In this document: in pieces, positions 42,509 to 53,483 of the stretch
Position numbering within the stretch: the first letter of the stretch is position 1
How the letters are laid out: each line of letters opens with the position of its first letter
From: Longimicrobiales bacterium
GTDB taxonomy: Bacteria; Gemmatimonadota; Gemmatimonadetes; Longimicrobiales; Gaopeijiaceae
Direction: 5' to 3'
Length of the DNA: 64,000 nucleotides
NCBI GenBank assembly: GCA_965218295.1
Contig: CBDCKN010000009.1
Span: forward strand, 224,001 to 288,000
Notes under the pieces: model-generated
Database searches by the model: none
Seen by the model: only the letters and a program-made list of their open reading frames with translations
Told to the model about the DNA's origin: nothing
Made by a program: the position numbers and the translations under genes

Positions 42509-43702
42509 TCAGATGACGCCCTCGCCCCGGAAGGCCTCGATTTGCCCAGGGGTGTAGCCGTACTCGGAGAGAATTTCGGCGCTATGTTCCCCGCGCTCGG
42601 GCGAGGGCTTCTTGATCGCACTTGGCGTGCGGCTCAGCCTGACCGGTTGCCTCACGAGGTCGAGGTCGCCCAGTTTCGGCGAACGGACGGTCTCTGCCAT
42701 GCCGAGGTGCCGGGTTTGCGGATCCGCGAACACCTCGTCGATGGCGTAGATGGGCCCGCACGGCACGCCCGCCTCGTTGAGCCGCTCGATCAGGCCTTCG
42801 GTATCCATGTCTTCGAGCCGCCGGCCGATCTCTTGATTGAGAGCGGGGCGGTTCCTGAAACGGTCCGCACCCGTGGCGTAATCGGGATTGTCGATCAGGG
42901 AGTCCGCCCCGATCGCCCGGCAGAAGCGTTCCCAAAGTTTCTGGCTGGCCGCGCCCACGTTAACGAAGCCGTCGCGCGTCTTGAAGACGCCGGTCGGCGT
43001 CCCATAGGGATGGTTGTTCCCGGCCTGCCCGGGAACCTCGTGCCCGATCAGCCAACGGGCCGCCTGAAAATCGAGCATGAAGATTTGCGCCTCGAGGAGT
43101 GACGTGTGGAGCCATTGGCCCTGTCCCGATTTCTCGCGCTCGAGTACGGCGACCAGGATGGCCTGGGCGCACAGGAGTCCGGCGCAAAGATCCGCGATGG
43201 GAATGCCGACGCGCACCGGCCCCTGTCCCGGCAATCCGGTAATGGACATGAGCCCGCCCATTCCCTGAGCGATTTGATCGACGCCCGGGCGGTCCCGGTA
43301 GGGGCCATCCTGCCCGAAGCCCGAGATGCTGGCATAGATCAGCCGCGGGTTGACGCGCTTCAGCGGCTCATAGCCGATCCCGAGGCGGTCCTTCACCGCC
43401 GGGCGATAATTCTCGACCAGGATGTCCGCATTGGCGGCCAGCTCCTTGAGCACGTCGACGCCCCGAGGCGATTTGAGGTTGATCGTCAGGCTTCGTTTGT
43501 TGCGGTGCAGGTTCTGAAAGTCGGGGTTGTGGCGGGCATCCCCCAGCGGATCGCCCGCTTCCAGGGCCGCCGGGGTCTCGATCTTGATAACATTGGCGCC
43601 CCAATCGGCGAGCTGGCGGGCAGCGGTCGGCCCGGCACGGGCCCGCGAAAGATCGAGGACGGTCAAGCCGCTGAGAGCTTCAGATGCCGAATCATGAGCC
43701 AT
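42509..43702 (-). CDS. CaiB/BaiF class III CoA-transferase
   Basis: RNKRSL, ENYRP, SGFGQDGP, GEHS. Confidence 0.92.
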   Translation of the reverse strand: MAHDSASEALSGLTVLDLSRARAGPTAARQLADWGANVIKIETPAALEAGDPLGDARHNPDFQNLHRNKRSLTINLKSPRGVDVLKELAANADILVENYRPAVKDRLGIGYEPLKRVNPRLIYASISGFGQDGPYRDRPGVDQIAQGMGGLMSITGLPGQGPVRVGIPIADLCAGLLCAQAILVAVLEREKSGQGQWLHTSLLEAQIFMLDFQAARWLIGHEVPGQAGNNHPYGTPTGVFKTRDGFVNVGAASQKLWERFCRAIGADSLIDNPDYATGADRFRNRPALNQEIGRRLEDMDTEGLIERLNEAGVPCGPIYAIDEVFADPQTRHLGMAETVRSPKLGDLDLVRQPVRLSRTPSAIKKPSPERGEHSAEILSEYGYTPGQIEAFRGEGVI

Positions 43703-43935
43703 GATGGATCCCGGTTGGTAAGTCAGGTGACACACGCGCCGAAAGATTCTCGCTCTAACCACGACGCCGAGTGCAATCTGGGTGAACTGAAGTATATCCC
43801 GGCGCACCCCGGAACGGGGGAGCACCCCCTGGACCCGCGCAGCCGTGATGTTCAACAGGGCCTGACGGACCTGGGAATCGATCGACGCTTTCGAGCGGGG
43901 TTCCGTCCTACGGTACAGACCCGCATCTTCTGTCG

Positions 43936-45384
43936 ATGAACCGACCGGCCCCCCTCATTGTCCTCAAGTTCGGCGGCACCAGCGTGTCGTCGCCCCAGCA
44001 CTGGCGCACCATCGCGCGGGTCGTGACGAAGCACCTGTCGGCCGGAGACCGGGTCGTTCTGGTGCACTCCGCCATCCGGGGAGTCACCGACCTCCTGCAC
44101 GGACTGGCGGTCGATGCCCGGGCGGGAAACGTGGTTGCCGTCGAGGCCGGTGTCGACCGCCTGAGGGCGCTGCACCTGGAGCTGGCGGCGGGTCTGACCT
44201 TGCGTGAAGTGCCGGGGCTCGAAGGCGAGTTCGACTTTCTCCGCGATCAGCTGCGGACGGAGCGGGCCGAAGCCGCACCTCCCGACCCACATCTGGCCGA
44301 GGTCCTGGCCACCGGGGAGCGGCTGGTATCGTGGGTTGGAGCGGCCGCCCTGGCCGCCGCCGGTATCGACACCACCTTGGTCGACGCCCGGGATCTCCTG
44401 ACCGCGAAGACGAGCGTCTCGGAAACGGCCCAATCTTGGCTGTCGGCGGAATGCGACGCGGCGGTCGATCCCGATGTGCAGGAGCGAGTTGCGGCGGTGG
44501 ACGGCGTTCTGCTGACCCAGGGATTCACGGCGCGTACGCCGGGAGGCGAGACTGTCGTTCTGGGGCGCGGGGGCTCCGACACGGCTGCGGCCTATCTGGC
44601 CGGCAAGCTCGACGCGGATCGCCTGGAGGTCTGGTCGGACGTGCCCGGCATGTTCACCGCCGATCCGCGACTGGTTCCGGCGGCACGTCTGCTGAGGTTG
44701 CTCGACTATCGGGAGGCTCAGGAAATCGCCACGACCGGGAGCACCGTTCTGCATCCGCGCTGCATTCCGGCGCTTCGAGACCGGCGCATCCCGATCCACC
44801 TGCGGAGCATCATTCACCCGGACATCGACGGCACCATCATCCAAGCGTTGGAAGGTACCGGACCGGCGCAGGTGAAAGCCTTGTCGCGAAAGCTCGGGGT
44901 CGTCCTGATCTCGATGGAGACGGTCGGCATGTGGCATGAGGTCGGCTTTCTGGCGCGGGCGTTCGGCATTCTGGCGGACGCTGGCCTCTCCATCGACCTG
45001 GTGTCGACCTCCGAGACCAACCTCACGGTTTCTCTGGATGCCAACGCCAATCTCCTGGATCAGGGCCAGCTGGACCGCGTGGTGGAGCGGTTGGGCGCGG
45101 TCTCGATGGTTACTGTAATCAGCCCGTGCGCGTCCGTCAGCCTGGTGGGAGGTCGGATCCGTCGGCTCCTGCACCGACTGGGGCCCGTTCTGGAGGTCTT
45201 CGAGGGATACGAGATCTTTCTGGTCACCCAGGCGGCCTCAGACCTGAACCTGACCGTCGTGGTAGATGAGCCACAGGCCGAGGGGCTGGTTCGGCAGCTG
45301 CACGCCCTGCTGGTCCCGGAGAACGCCGATCCGACTGTTTTCGGGCCCCGCTGGACCGAGATCGCGCTTGGCGAGGCGGAGTGA
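43936..45384 (+). CDS. lysC: Aspartate kinase
   Basis: KFGGTSV, GRGGSD, DPR, two ACT domains. Confidence 0.88.
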   Translation: MNRPAPLIVLKFGGTSVSSPQHWRTIARVVTKHLSAGDRVVLVHSAIRGVTDLLHGLAVDARAGNVVAVEAGVDRLRALHLELAAGLTLREVPGLEGEFDFLRDQLRTERAEAAPPDPHLAEVLATGERLVSWVGAAALAAAGIDTTLVDARDLLTAKTSVSETAQSWLSAECDAAVDPDVQERVAAVDGVLLTQGFTARTPGGETVVLGRGGSDTAAAYLAGKLDADRLEVWSDVPGMFTADPRLVPAARLLRLLDYREAQEIATTGSTVLHPRCIPALRDRRIPIHLRSIIHPDIDGTIIQALEGTGPAQVKALSRKLGVVLISMETVGMWHEVGFLARAFGILADAGLSIDLVSTSETNLTVSLDANANLLDQGQLDRVVERLGAVSMVTVISPCASVSLVGGRIRRLLHRLGPVLEVFEGYEIFLVTQAASDLNLTVVVDEPQAEGLVRQLHALLVPENADPTVFGPRWTEIALGEAE

Positions 45385-45539
45385 TGCGGGACCTGAAGGT
45401 GCACCACCTTGTTGATGGGTAGAGACTTCTCACCCTGCCCACCAGCGACACGCACGAGTTCGATCCGTTCGAGTGAGGCGCAGTGAGCCCGGGCGTGGAC
45501 CCCTCACCTCCTGACCCTCTGTCAGGACCTCTCAAGGGT

Positions 45540-45558
45540 GACCCCCTGAACCCCATTC
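45540..45558 (-). repeat. 19-bp copy of the tRNA-Pro(GGG) anticodon arm (att-like)
   Basis: GACCCCCTGAACCCCATTC identical to 52564-52582. Confidence 0.7.
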
Positions 45559-45753
45559 GGCCAGCAGAATAGCCGAATGACGGCAAGAAACCGTGTAAAT
45601 CACTGGTAGGGCGCACGATCTGCCGTTCTTGCCTTCAGGGATGCCGGAATCTGCCGGGTTAAACAGGCCCAATAACGGCCCCAACGGACACACGAACGGA
45701 CACATGAAGACCCCCTGAACAGGAGTCAGGATGCAAACGGGAGTCCGTGCGTA

Positions 45754-46250
45754 TCAGACGCCGTCTGTTGTGAACGAGTGTGAGGTCGAGATCGTATACG
45801 TCGTCCCGTCCGTCGTGAGCACGATGTCTCCCTGGAAGATCGACTGCCGGTTGCGCACATTCTCGGTCGTCTCTTCCTCGGTCGTGCCGTACTCGGTCTG
45901 GTAGATCCGGCTGACACCGGCTGCCACCAATCTGTTCAGCGCGTTGCCGTTGGGATGCCCGTGTGTGTTTCCGTTGCCCAGTGAGATGATCGCGACCTCG
46001 GGCCGTATCAGCTCCAAGAACTCATCATCGGAGGCGTTGTCGGCTCCGTGATGACCCACGTGGAGCACGTCGATGGCGATGCCCTGCGCCACGAGATACT
46101 GACCCTACGTACTCGGGTTCCGCCTGCGCGACCAAGGATCAGCGTTGCGTCGCCCTGTGAGATGTTGAGGTGGATGATCTCAAGCTCTTGGGCATCGAGC
46201 GATGACATGAGGCCCAGCAGGACAACAACAAGGAGCGCGGATAGGCGCAT
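45754..46250 (-). pseudogene. ComEC/Rec2-type metallo-beta-lactamase remnant (internal deletion)
   Basis: N-terminal SQGDATLI joined out of frame to VGHHG...GHP. Confidence 0.7.
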
Positions 46251-46520
46251 GGTTGGCCTCCTACTCGGAATGGCCAGGGGGGCACGAGGAGCATACTTGG
46301 CGGCTCCAACTGGAGGCAAGCTCAGTCCGCGGTTGCTGCTGTCTCGGTGAGCATCAACCTCGCGCGCTTCGCTTGCGGTCCGCATCTTGGTCGCGCATTT
46401 GTGTGGCCGAATCGCCGGACGACTCTCTAGCTCTTGAGCCAACAATGAAGCGCAACGCTTACAATCGGCAGGGACGGGCGTGCGGGAGCAATGCAGGGAT
46501 TGGGAACACGGAACCCGCCG

Positions 46521-48997
46521 ATGTCTGAATCAATCAGGGATCGCATCGCCGAAATATACGCGGCCGAGTCGCGTCGGGTCATGGCGACTCTCATTCGCCT
46601 GTTGGGTGATATCGACCAGGCCGAAGAAGCCCTCCAAGAAGCATTCGGAGCTGCTTTGACCGTATGGCCCCGGGACGGCATTCCACGGAACCCACGGGCG
46701 TGGCTCGTGTCTACCGGTAAATTCAAGGGGATCGACGCGATCCGCCGGCAAGGACGGGGGACCGAGCTAATACTCCAAAAGGCCGAGGAAGACCACCCGA
46801 ACTACGCTATACCCGGGGAATGGGATGGGGACGTCGTCAAAGACGACCAACTCCGGCTCATATGTACAGAGATGGTAATGACCTGACAGTTGGCCCTCGC
46901 CGGAGCTGTGTCTAGGCTGCCTTCGTCTTAGCCTCCTCCTTCCTGGCCTTTGCGGCCTTCCTGGCGTCGGTGAGACCGGCCTTGAAGACCTGATAGGGCG
47001 TGCGGCCCTCCATGGCTCGACCGCGGTGCGGCCGCTTCCGGTTGTAGGTCTCCAGATACGCCTCGAGGTCCTGCTGCATCTCCTCGACGGTCTCGTACCA
47101 GGTGGTGCGGCCCTTCACCCTCAAGTGCTCGTCGAGGAGCGTGCGGTGGAAGCGCTCGATGAAGCCGTTGGACTGGGGCCTGCCCACCTTCGTCGTGCGG
47201 TGCTCGATGTCCTCGAGCTGAAGGAACAGCTCATATGGGTGACGGTCCGGACGGCCGCAGAACTCGCGGCCGTTGTCGCTGAGCACGGTCTTCACCCGGA
47301 CCCGGTGCTCATCGAAGAACGGCAACACGTCGTTATTCATCACCTGCACCGCCGTGAGCGGGAGCTTGCTCGTGTAGAGCCGGCCCCAGGCGTAGCGGCT
47401 GAAGCAATCGAGCACGGTCTGCAGGTACACCTTGCCGACCCCCTTCAGCGTTCCGACGAAGAACGTGTCCACGGCGACGAGGTCGCCCGGGTAATGGACT
47501 TCGATGTGGCGCTCCCGGAACTCGGGACTGAAGCGCTCCAGCAGCTCGATCTGCTCGTCGGTCAGCTTCAGCTTCCGTTCCCTGGCCGTCTCTTCGAGCC
47601 TGAGCAGCCGTTCGTGCTTCGTGGTGAGGCCATGCCGGCTCCACACGCCCCGTACGCCTCCTGAGCTCACCTGGATCCCTCCGAGCAGCAACTCGTCCGC
47701 GACCCGCTGAGCTCCGTGCGTCGGAGCCTCCAAGGCGTGGGCCAAGACCGCCTGCTCAATCTCTTCACTCACCCGGTTCGGGTGCGGTCCCTTCGGCCCC
47801 GGAAGCTGGTCGATCAGCCCCTCGGCCCCGTAAAGCTGGAAGTTCCTCCTGATCTCGTAGAACTGCTGCCGGCTGTAGCCCACGATCTTGCACGCCTTGC
47901 TCACGTTGCCGAGCTCCTGGGCCAACTGTAGCAGGCTCAGCTTGCGGCGCGCTATCTTCTCCCCCTGGACGGTGGTCATCTTCTCTCCCGTGCTAAGTGA
48001 GTGACTTCGACATCTCTCAATTAGCTCCGGCGAGGGCGGCTGGCCACCGTCCTCTCTCGTGGTCAACTGTCAGGTGAATACCGTCTCAGCACACATATTC
48101 ACTTGTTGCCACCCGGCGTTGCCCATCGACGCGCGGATCGCCCTTTCCTTGCGCGTGGTGTGCGGGCTGACCACCGAAGAGATCTCCCGTTCCTTCCTCG
48201 TCCCCGTCGAGACGATGAAGAAACGCATCTCCCGCGCCAAAGCAACCATCCGGGAAAAACGGATACCCTACGAGGTCCCGTCCCATTCAGAGCTCGCAGG
48301 ACGCCTCGACGCGGTGCTCCACGTCGTCTACCTCGTCTACAACGAGGGATATTCGGCAACTTCCGGTACGGAGCATCTCCGGCGGGACCTGGCGGCAGAA
48401 GCCGTTTCCCTGAGCCGGCTTATCGCGGACTTGCTTCCCGAGCCCGAAGCGACCGGACTCCTTGCTTTGTTGCTCCTGCACGAGTCCAGGAGCGCGGCGC
48501 GGACCGATTCCCGGGGCGACCTGATACCCCTGGAGGAACAGGACCGGACCCTGTGGGACCGGGAGTTGATCGCGGAGGGCGTCGACCTAGTACGGGAATC
48601 GATGATGTCCGGCCGCCTGGGCTCCTACGTGATCCAAGCCGCGATTGCCACGGTGCACGCAGCGGCGGACTCTGTGGAAACCACCAACTGGGACCTGATC
48701 GTCGGGTACTACGACATGCTCGCCCAGCTGCAGAATTCGCCGGTGGTGACGCTTAACCGGGCGATCGCCGTCGGCATGCGAGACGGACCGTCGGCCGGAT
48801 TGGCGATTGTCGACGACCTCTTGGAGACCGGGGCGATGTCGCATTACCACCGGGCCCACGCGGCTCGGGCTGACCTTGCCCGACGGGCTGGCTCCCTGGA
48901 CGAGGCCCGCGACTCCTACCAGCGCGCCATCGAACTCGTCCGGCAGGAACCCGAACGGCGGTACCTGGAGGAGCGCCTCGCACAAATTCCGGAATAA
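46521..48997 (+). pseudogene. ECF42-type sigma factor with TPR extension, interrupted by IS481
   Basis: DDQLRLI|FTCCHP is restored on removing the IS; YLVYNEGY; LNRAIA. Confidence 0.85.
46863..48093 (-). mobile_element. Complete IS481-family element (transposase 46912..47979)
   Basis: Imperfect TGT... IRs sharing ACCTGACAGTTG; 4-bp TSD CATA; DDE motifs (VDTF, SDNG, ERFH). Confidence 0.93.
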
Positions 48998-49099
48998 TCT
49001 CGACGTCGATGTCCCTTTCGGCTCCGGCCGTTCGACTACCTCTGAGCAAAGGAAAACGGGCGCCGGTACGAAAGCGCACCAAAACCAGGAGGAAACGTC

Positions 49100-49438
49100 A
49101 TGCAATTCTTCGTCTATCTCACCACGGAAGAAGGGCAGCAGCCCCGTCAATCAGCACCCTCCCCCGAGGAAATGGCCGCAATCGGCAAGTTCCATGAAGA
49201 CGCCATCAAGTCGGGCGTCATCGTGGCCACCGGCCGGCTGAGCCCGACCATCACGAGGATTCGCAAGGAAGGGGACGTGGTATCGGTTACCGACGGCCCC
49301 TTCATCGAAGGGAAGGAACTGATTCCGGGATTCACGGTCATTCGGTCGGACACGAAACAGGGTGCGATCGAGTGGGCCGCCCGCTACCGGGAGATGATGG
49401 GCATGCCCGAACTGCGCATCGCCGAGATATTCGGATAG
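49100..49438 (+). CDS. YciI/DGPF-family protein
   Basis: TDGPFIEGKE; downstream of the ECF42 gene. Confidence 0.88.
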   Translation: MQFFVYLTTEEGQQPRQSAPSPEEMAAIGKFHEDAIKSGVIVATGRLSPTITRIRKEGDVVSVTDGPFIEGKELIPGFTVIRSDTKQGAIEWAARYREMMGMPELRIAEIFG

Positions 49439-49641
49439 CCTGGTTGAGGGTTGGCGTTGCATCCAACCCGGGAAGCCAGTTTCTGTAAATGCAATGCCCC
49501 GCAATCAGTTAGATTTCGGGGCATTCGTTTCTGTTGCAGCGCGGCCGGATTCAAGAAAACCCCTCACGCGTGCAGGGCGAGGCTCGTAGACGTCAGGCGG
49601 GTCCACGACTTGGTCTCCGGACTCCTCCAACATGTGATCGA

Positions 49642-50880
49642 TCAGGGTACCGATGCCGACTCAGTCGGTAGATAGCCCACCCTCCGCTCGCGCACATCCT
49701 GCGAGATGACCGAACCTCCGCACCCTCCGGCAGGCTCTACTCCATCGTCATGAAATATTGGCCGCGCATTACAGCGGGATCGGTGATCGCGCTGGGGCTG
49801 CCGTTGGTGTTGCTGTAGCCGCTTGCTACTCAATGACGACTCGCCCTGCTGGCGCATGATGAGCACCGAGTCACCGAACTCGTGCGAGCGATAGCCATCC
49901 TTTTTGAGCGCGCGACTCATACGCTGTAGCACCGCGTCATTCGCGAACGCGCACAGCAGCTGGTAGTGGCTCTCGCCGGGTTCGTGTGCTCCGCTGACGA
50001 TCGCGTCGACCACACGGAGTCTCGTCTGTGCGCCGATGCGTTGAGTGGCCAGGCCCGCGCCAGGTCGCAGCGCACCTCCATCCAACGCCGCGTGCTCCAG
50101 GGCACGGGTCACCGTGGTGCCGAGCGCAATCACGCGACCGCCTCCCGCTTTGGTCCGGGAGATCGCCCGTACGGTCGTCCGGGGCAGATGGTATGCCTCA
50201 TCGAAAGGCAAACTCGCGTCGAGTGCTCCATCGCCCGTCGACGAAATCCCGGCCGCGAGCGTCAAGGTCGCGAAGCCGACTCCGCGTGCCTGAAGTTCCT
50301 TCAGGAACGCCCAGTCGATCACGAAGCTCGCGGATGGCGGCTCGAACGAGACGGGTAGCGCAGCGACCCGCGTCCAGGCGTCCCACATCATTAGCGGTTG
50401 GTCGATGTGCGCGTACTGGATCGGTGTGCCGTGTCTTGCGATGCCGCCCCAGATCTCATCGGGGGTCCCAACGAAGCTCAGCCCTACGAGGCGCGGGTGG
50501 CCGAGCAATTTCATCACCGTGGCCTTCAAGGGTCCCAACATCAGGGCGTCGCCGATCCGAAGTGCGGGAGGTGGCGCGCGGTGTTCCGTGCGGGTCCGAT
50601 GATCACCGCCGCCGAAGACGATCGCGGTGAAGTTGTACACATCGGCGACGGCCAGCGACCGCCGACCGGCCAACCGTATCTCGATTGCCGCTCCGCTGGG
50701 CTCGTGGAAGCCGCCGAGGCTCGCCGGTATCGTGGCGGCATCGTTCGCGACGACCAGGTCGCCGGGGGACACGTGGTGAACTAGCTGCGTCCTCGCAGCA
50801 TGGTCGAGCCTGCCGTCAGCATGAACGACTAGCAACCTGGCGTCGGGCCGCCGCTGCACTGGCGTAGTGGCGGCCTTCAT
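49642..50880 (-). CDS. QueA-like SAM:tRNA ribosyltransferase-isomerase family protein
   Basis: VVAND, EPPSAS, ALGTTVTRALE, HEFGD. Confidence 0.82.
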   Translation of the reverse strand: MKAATTPVQRRPDARLLVVHADGRLDHAARTQLVHHVSPGDLVVANDAATIPASLGGFHEPSGAAIEIRLAGRRSLAVADVYNFTAIVFGGGDHRTRTEHRAPPPALRIGDALMLGPLKATVMKLLGHPRLVGLSFVGTPDEIWGGIARHGTPIQYAHIDQPLMMWDAWTRVAALPVSFEPPSASFVIDWAFLKELQARGVGFATLTLAAGISSTGDGALDASLPFDEAYHLPRTTVRAISRTKAGGGRVIALGTTVTRALEHAALDGGALRPGAGLATQRIGAQTRLRVVDAIVSGAHEPGESHYQLLCAFANDAVLQRMSRALKKDGYRSHEFGDSVLIMRQQGESSLSSKRLQQHQRQPQRDHRSRCNARPIFHDDGVEPAGGCGGSVISQDVRERRVGYLPTESASVP

Positions 50881-51596
50881 GTCGTGGTTACGGCGCTTTG
50901 GGCGAACAACTCGATGAACTCGACGATTTCCCGAGCTGCTTCCCCCGGTTGCTTCAGGTCCGCCGGGTCGGCGTCGGGCACGGCCAAGGCGTGCAGGGGC
51001 GTGTCCATGTCACCAGGATCGATTGCCTCCACCCGCACTCCGTGTGCCTGAAGTTCCTGGTCCCAGATCCGGCTCATATGTAAGAGTGCTGCTTTGCTCG
51101 CTCCGTAGGCTCCCCAGCGCGCGTAAGGCGTCACTGCGGCGTCGCTGCTGATGTTGACGACTAGCGCCGGCCGGCCCTCGCGGGCGGATGCGCCCAGTGC
51201 CCCGAGTAAGGCCTTGGTGAGGCGAAACGGGCCGACCACGTTCGTGGCCAGCACCGCCTCCAGGTCTTCGCAATCCGTGTCGGCCAGCAGTTCGAGCGGT
51301 ACCGGCCCGAGCGTCGATGCATTGTTGATGAATACATCGAGTCCGCCGAGCGCCGCAGTGATCTGCATCGCGATTGGGTAGGTCGCGTCCTTCTGTGACA
51401 CGTCGTCCGCAATGCCGTGGGTTCCCACGTGCTGTCGTGTCACTTTGCTTACCCGCTTTTCCTGCCGAGCTACGAACGCCACGGCAGCCCCGCGATCGTG
51501 TAGCGCCTCGACAAGCGCCAGACCAAGGCCCGACGTGCCGCCCGTGACGGCGACACGTAGGCCACTCAGTGTCGATATGTTGGTGGAGGTCATCAC
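50877..51596 (-). CDS. SDR-family oxidoreductase
   Basis: TGGTSGLG, NNAS, YGASK, DPGDMDT. Confidence 0.9.
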   Translation of the reverse strand: MMTSTNISTLSGLRVAVTGGTSGLGLALVEALHDRGAAVAFVARQEKRVSKVTRQHVGTHGIADDVSQKDATYPIAMQITAALGGLDVFINNASTLGPVPLELLADTDCEDLEAVLATNVVGPFRLTKALLGALGASAREGRPALVVNISSDAAVTPYARWGAYGASKAALLHMSRIWDQELQAHGVRVEAIDPGDMDTPLHALAVPDADPADLKQPGEAAREIVEFIELFAQSAVTTT

Positions 51597-51659
51597 TTGC
51601 TCCTTTTGCTCTTGTGCTCCGGAATGGGGGGGACCACTCGAATCTCAACAAAAGTACAA

Positions 51660-51677
51660 GTTCAAGTGAACTTGAAG
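51660..51677. promoter_or_regulatory. SoxR binding site (soxbox)
   Basis: TTCAAGT-GA-ACTTGAA palindrome between the divergent SDR and soxR genes. Confidence 0.8.
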
Positions 51678-51707
51678 TCAAGGCCCTGATCGATTACCTT
51701 CCTCGTC

Positions 51708-52157
51708 ATGTCCAGGTTGATCACGATCGGTGAGGCTTCTCGTCGCAGCGGCGTGGCTGCGTCGGCGCTGCGCTACTATGAAGACCGAGGGCTCATCAAG
51801 TCCGAACGCACAGGGTCGGGACACCGTCGCTACCCACAGGCGGTGCTCCGACGGATCGCGTTTATCGTTTTCGCGCAGCGCGTTGGGCTGACGCTCGACG
51901 AGATCGACACAGAACTAGGAAAGCTTCCTTCCGACGGCACGCCGACTGGCCGTGATTGGTCACGGCTCTCGCGCGAGTGGAGGTCGAGAATCGAACAGCG
52001 AATCGCCGAGCTCGAGCGCCTCAATGTTGGCCTTACCAATTGCATCGGGTGCGGCTGTCTCTCACTCGCACGCTGCCGCTTAGCGAACCCGGCCGACCGG
52101 GCAGCTCGTTACGGCCCGGGTCCACGCTTTTGGATCGGCGACGGCGCGAAGGCCTGA
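51708..52157 (+). CDS. soxR: Redox-sensitive transcriptional activator SoxR
   Basis: MerR HTH; CIGCGCLSLARC [2Fe-2S] motif. Confidence 0.93.
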   Translation: MSRLITIGEASRRSGVAASALRYYEDRGLIKSERTGSGHRRYPQAVLRRIAFIVFAQRVGLTLDEIDTELGKLPSDGTPTGRDWSRLSREWRSRIEQRIAELERLNVGLTNCIGCGCLSLARCRLANPADRAARYGPGPRFWIGDGAKA

Positions 52158-52316
52158 ACGGAAATCGCGCCGCTCCTCGCGTGGCCGCTGCTCATTCTGC
52201 TCTGGGGGTGGCAGCCCGCAAGACTTTGTGCCCTGTGGGTGTGGATGGCGAAAACCCCGATCCTACTGATTAAGAGTCAGGATCCGTCGAAGGACGCCCA
52301 TGAGCCTAGCATACCC

Positions 52317-52487
52317 GGATTGACCTGCGGTCGCCTTCGGCGATCCTCGGTCGTCTCGGCGGTTAGCCTCCAGCCCGCATCGCGGAACCCCACGCCGCCG
52401 CCTCGGCTCGAACCTACGGTTCTGTCGGCCGACTTCGTCGCCCGACGCGTCCTCGCCTTTGGCGAGCCCGCTGAATCCGGCCGCCCC
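52317..52487 (-). repeat. tRNA-linked small element, copy at tRNA-Pro(GGG)
   Basis: 45-bp core 52317-52361 is the exact reverse complement of 56030-56074. Confidence 0.75.
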
Positions 52488-52538
52488 AATCACGGCCATA
52501 ACAAACGGCTCCACAACCGTAAGGCTGTGGAGCCGTTA

Positions 52539-52612
52539 TCGGGACGGCCGGATTCGAACCGGCGACCCCCTGAACCCCATTCAGGTGCGCTACCGAGCTG
52601 CGCCACGTCCCG
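52539..52612 (-). tRNA. tRNA-Pro(GGG)
   Basis: Cloverleaf; CCTGA-ATGGGGT-TCAGG. Confidence 0.93.
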
Positions 52613-52784
52613 TGGAAGAGGAAAGGTAAGCTCGGTTCTACCCCGCCTCAACACCAGGGCCGAGCTACATCAGGCGGGTGCCGTGGTCGCCCCTGGGGGA
52701 TCCCGATCTCGATTCGCTGGAACTGGTGCCGAGGTCCGACGGTTATACCCACCATGGCTGAATTACTCAGCAACCGAGGAATAC

Positions 52785-53468
52785 GTGACTAATAGAGCCA
52801 ATCCGAGGAACCAGTTGTCCGTCCTCATGGCAGTCGCACTGATCCTGGGTGCCTGCTCGGATGGCACCGATGAGCCGACCGGGCCCGAAACCAGTGGGCC
52901 GGAGGGCATCGAGCTCGCGGTCCGGCTGCACCTGGTGCAGTCCGACGAGCTGGATGCGTTGAACGTTCGCCTGAGCGACGCAGAAGTCATCGAGCTCGTG
53001 ACCGCCGTGAACGAGACGTGGGCGCAGGCCGGCATCATCTGGAGCCTTGAGAGCTTCGTCCGCGAGGATGCGCGGAACGAGTCTCTGTTCAGTCGCGCTC
53101 TCATGGATCCCACCGTGAGCCCGATCTCCGTGCTCACCTCCGTGCTCTCACCGGAGAACCTGCGAACCGACATCTGGAACGTCTTCATGATCCGGGATTT
53201 CGGGGGCTCGCTGGGGGGCGTGTACCTGCCGATCGAGAAGGTGGTCGTCTCCACGGAGGTCGATCCCCTGGGACAACGCGACATCGACGGAGGCATGGCG
53301 CGCATCCTTGGCCACGAGCTGGGTCACTCTCTGGGCTTGATACACGTGCCGTGCACCGCTCAGGGCAACCTCATGGCGACTGGATGCACGCTGGGTTCGC
53401 GCACGTTCCTCGACGCGACCCAGATCACGAGGGTCCGGTTACAGGCGGAGACGGGAAGACCGTTCTAG
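52785..53468 (+). CDS. Zinc metalloprotease (metzincin) lipoprotein
   Basis: LGAC lipobox; HELGHSLGLIH; NLM Met-turn. Confidence 0.8.
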   Translation: MTNRANPRNQLSVLMAVALILGACSDGTDEPTGPETSGPEGIELAVRLHLVQSDELDALNVRLSDAEVIELVTAVNETWAQAGIIWSLESFVREDARNESLFSRALMDPTVSPISVLTSVLSPENLRTDIWNVFMIRDFGGSLGGVYLPIEKVVVSTEVDPLGQRDIDGGMARILGHELGHSLGLIHVPCTAQGNLMATGCTLGSRTFLDATQITRVRLQAETGRPF

Positions 53469-53483
53469 GTCACAAATCGCCCC

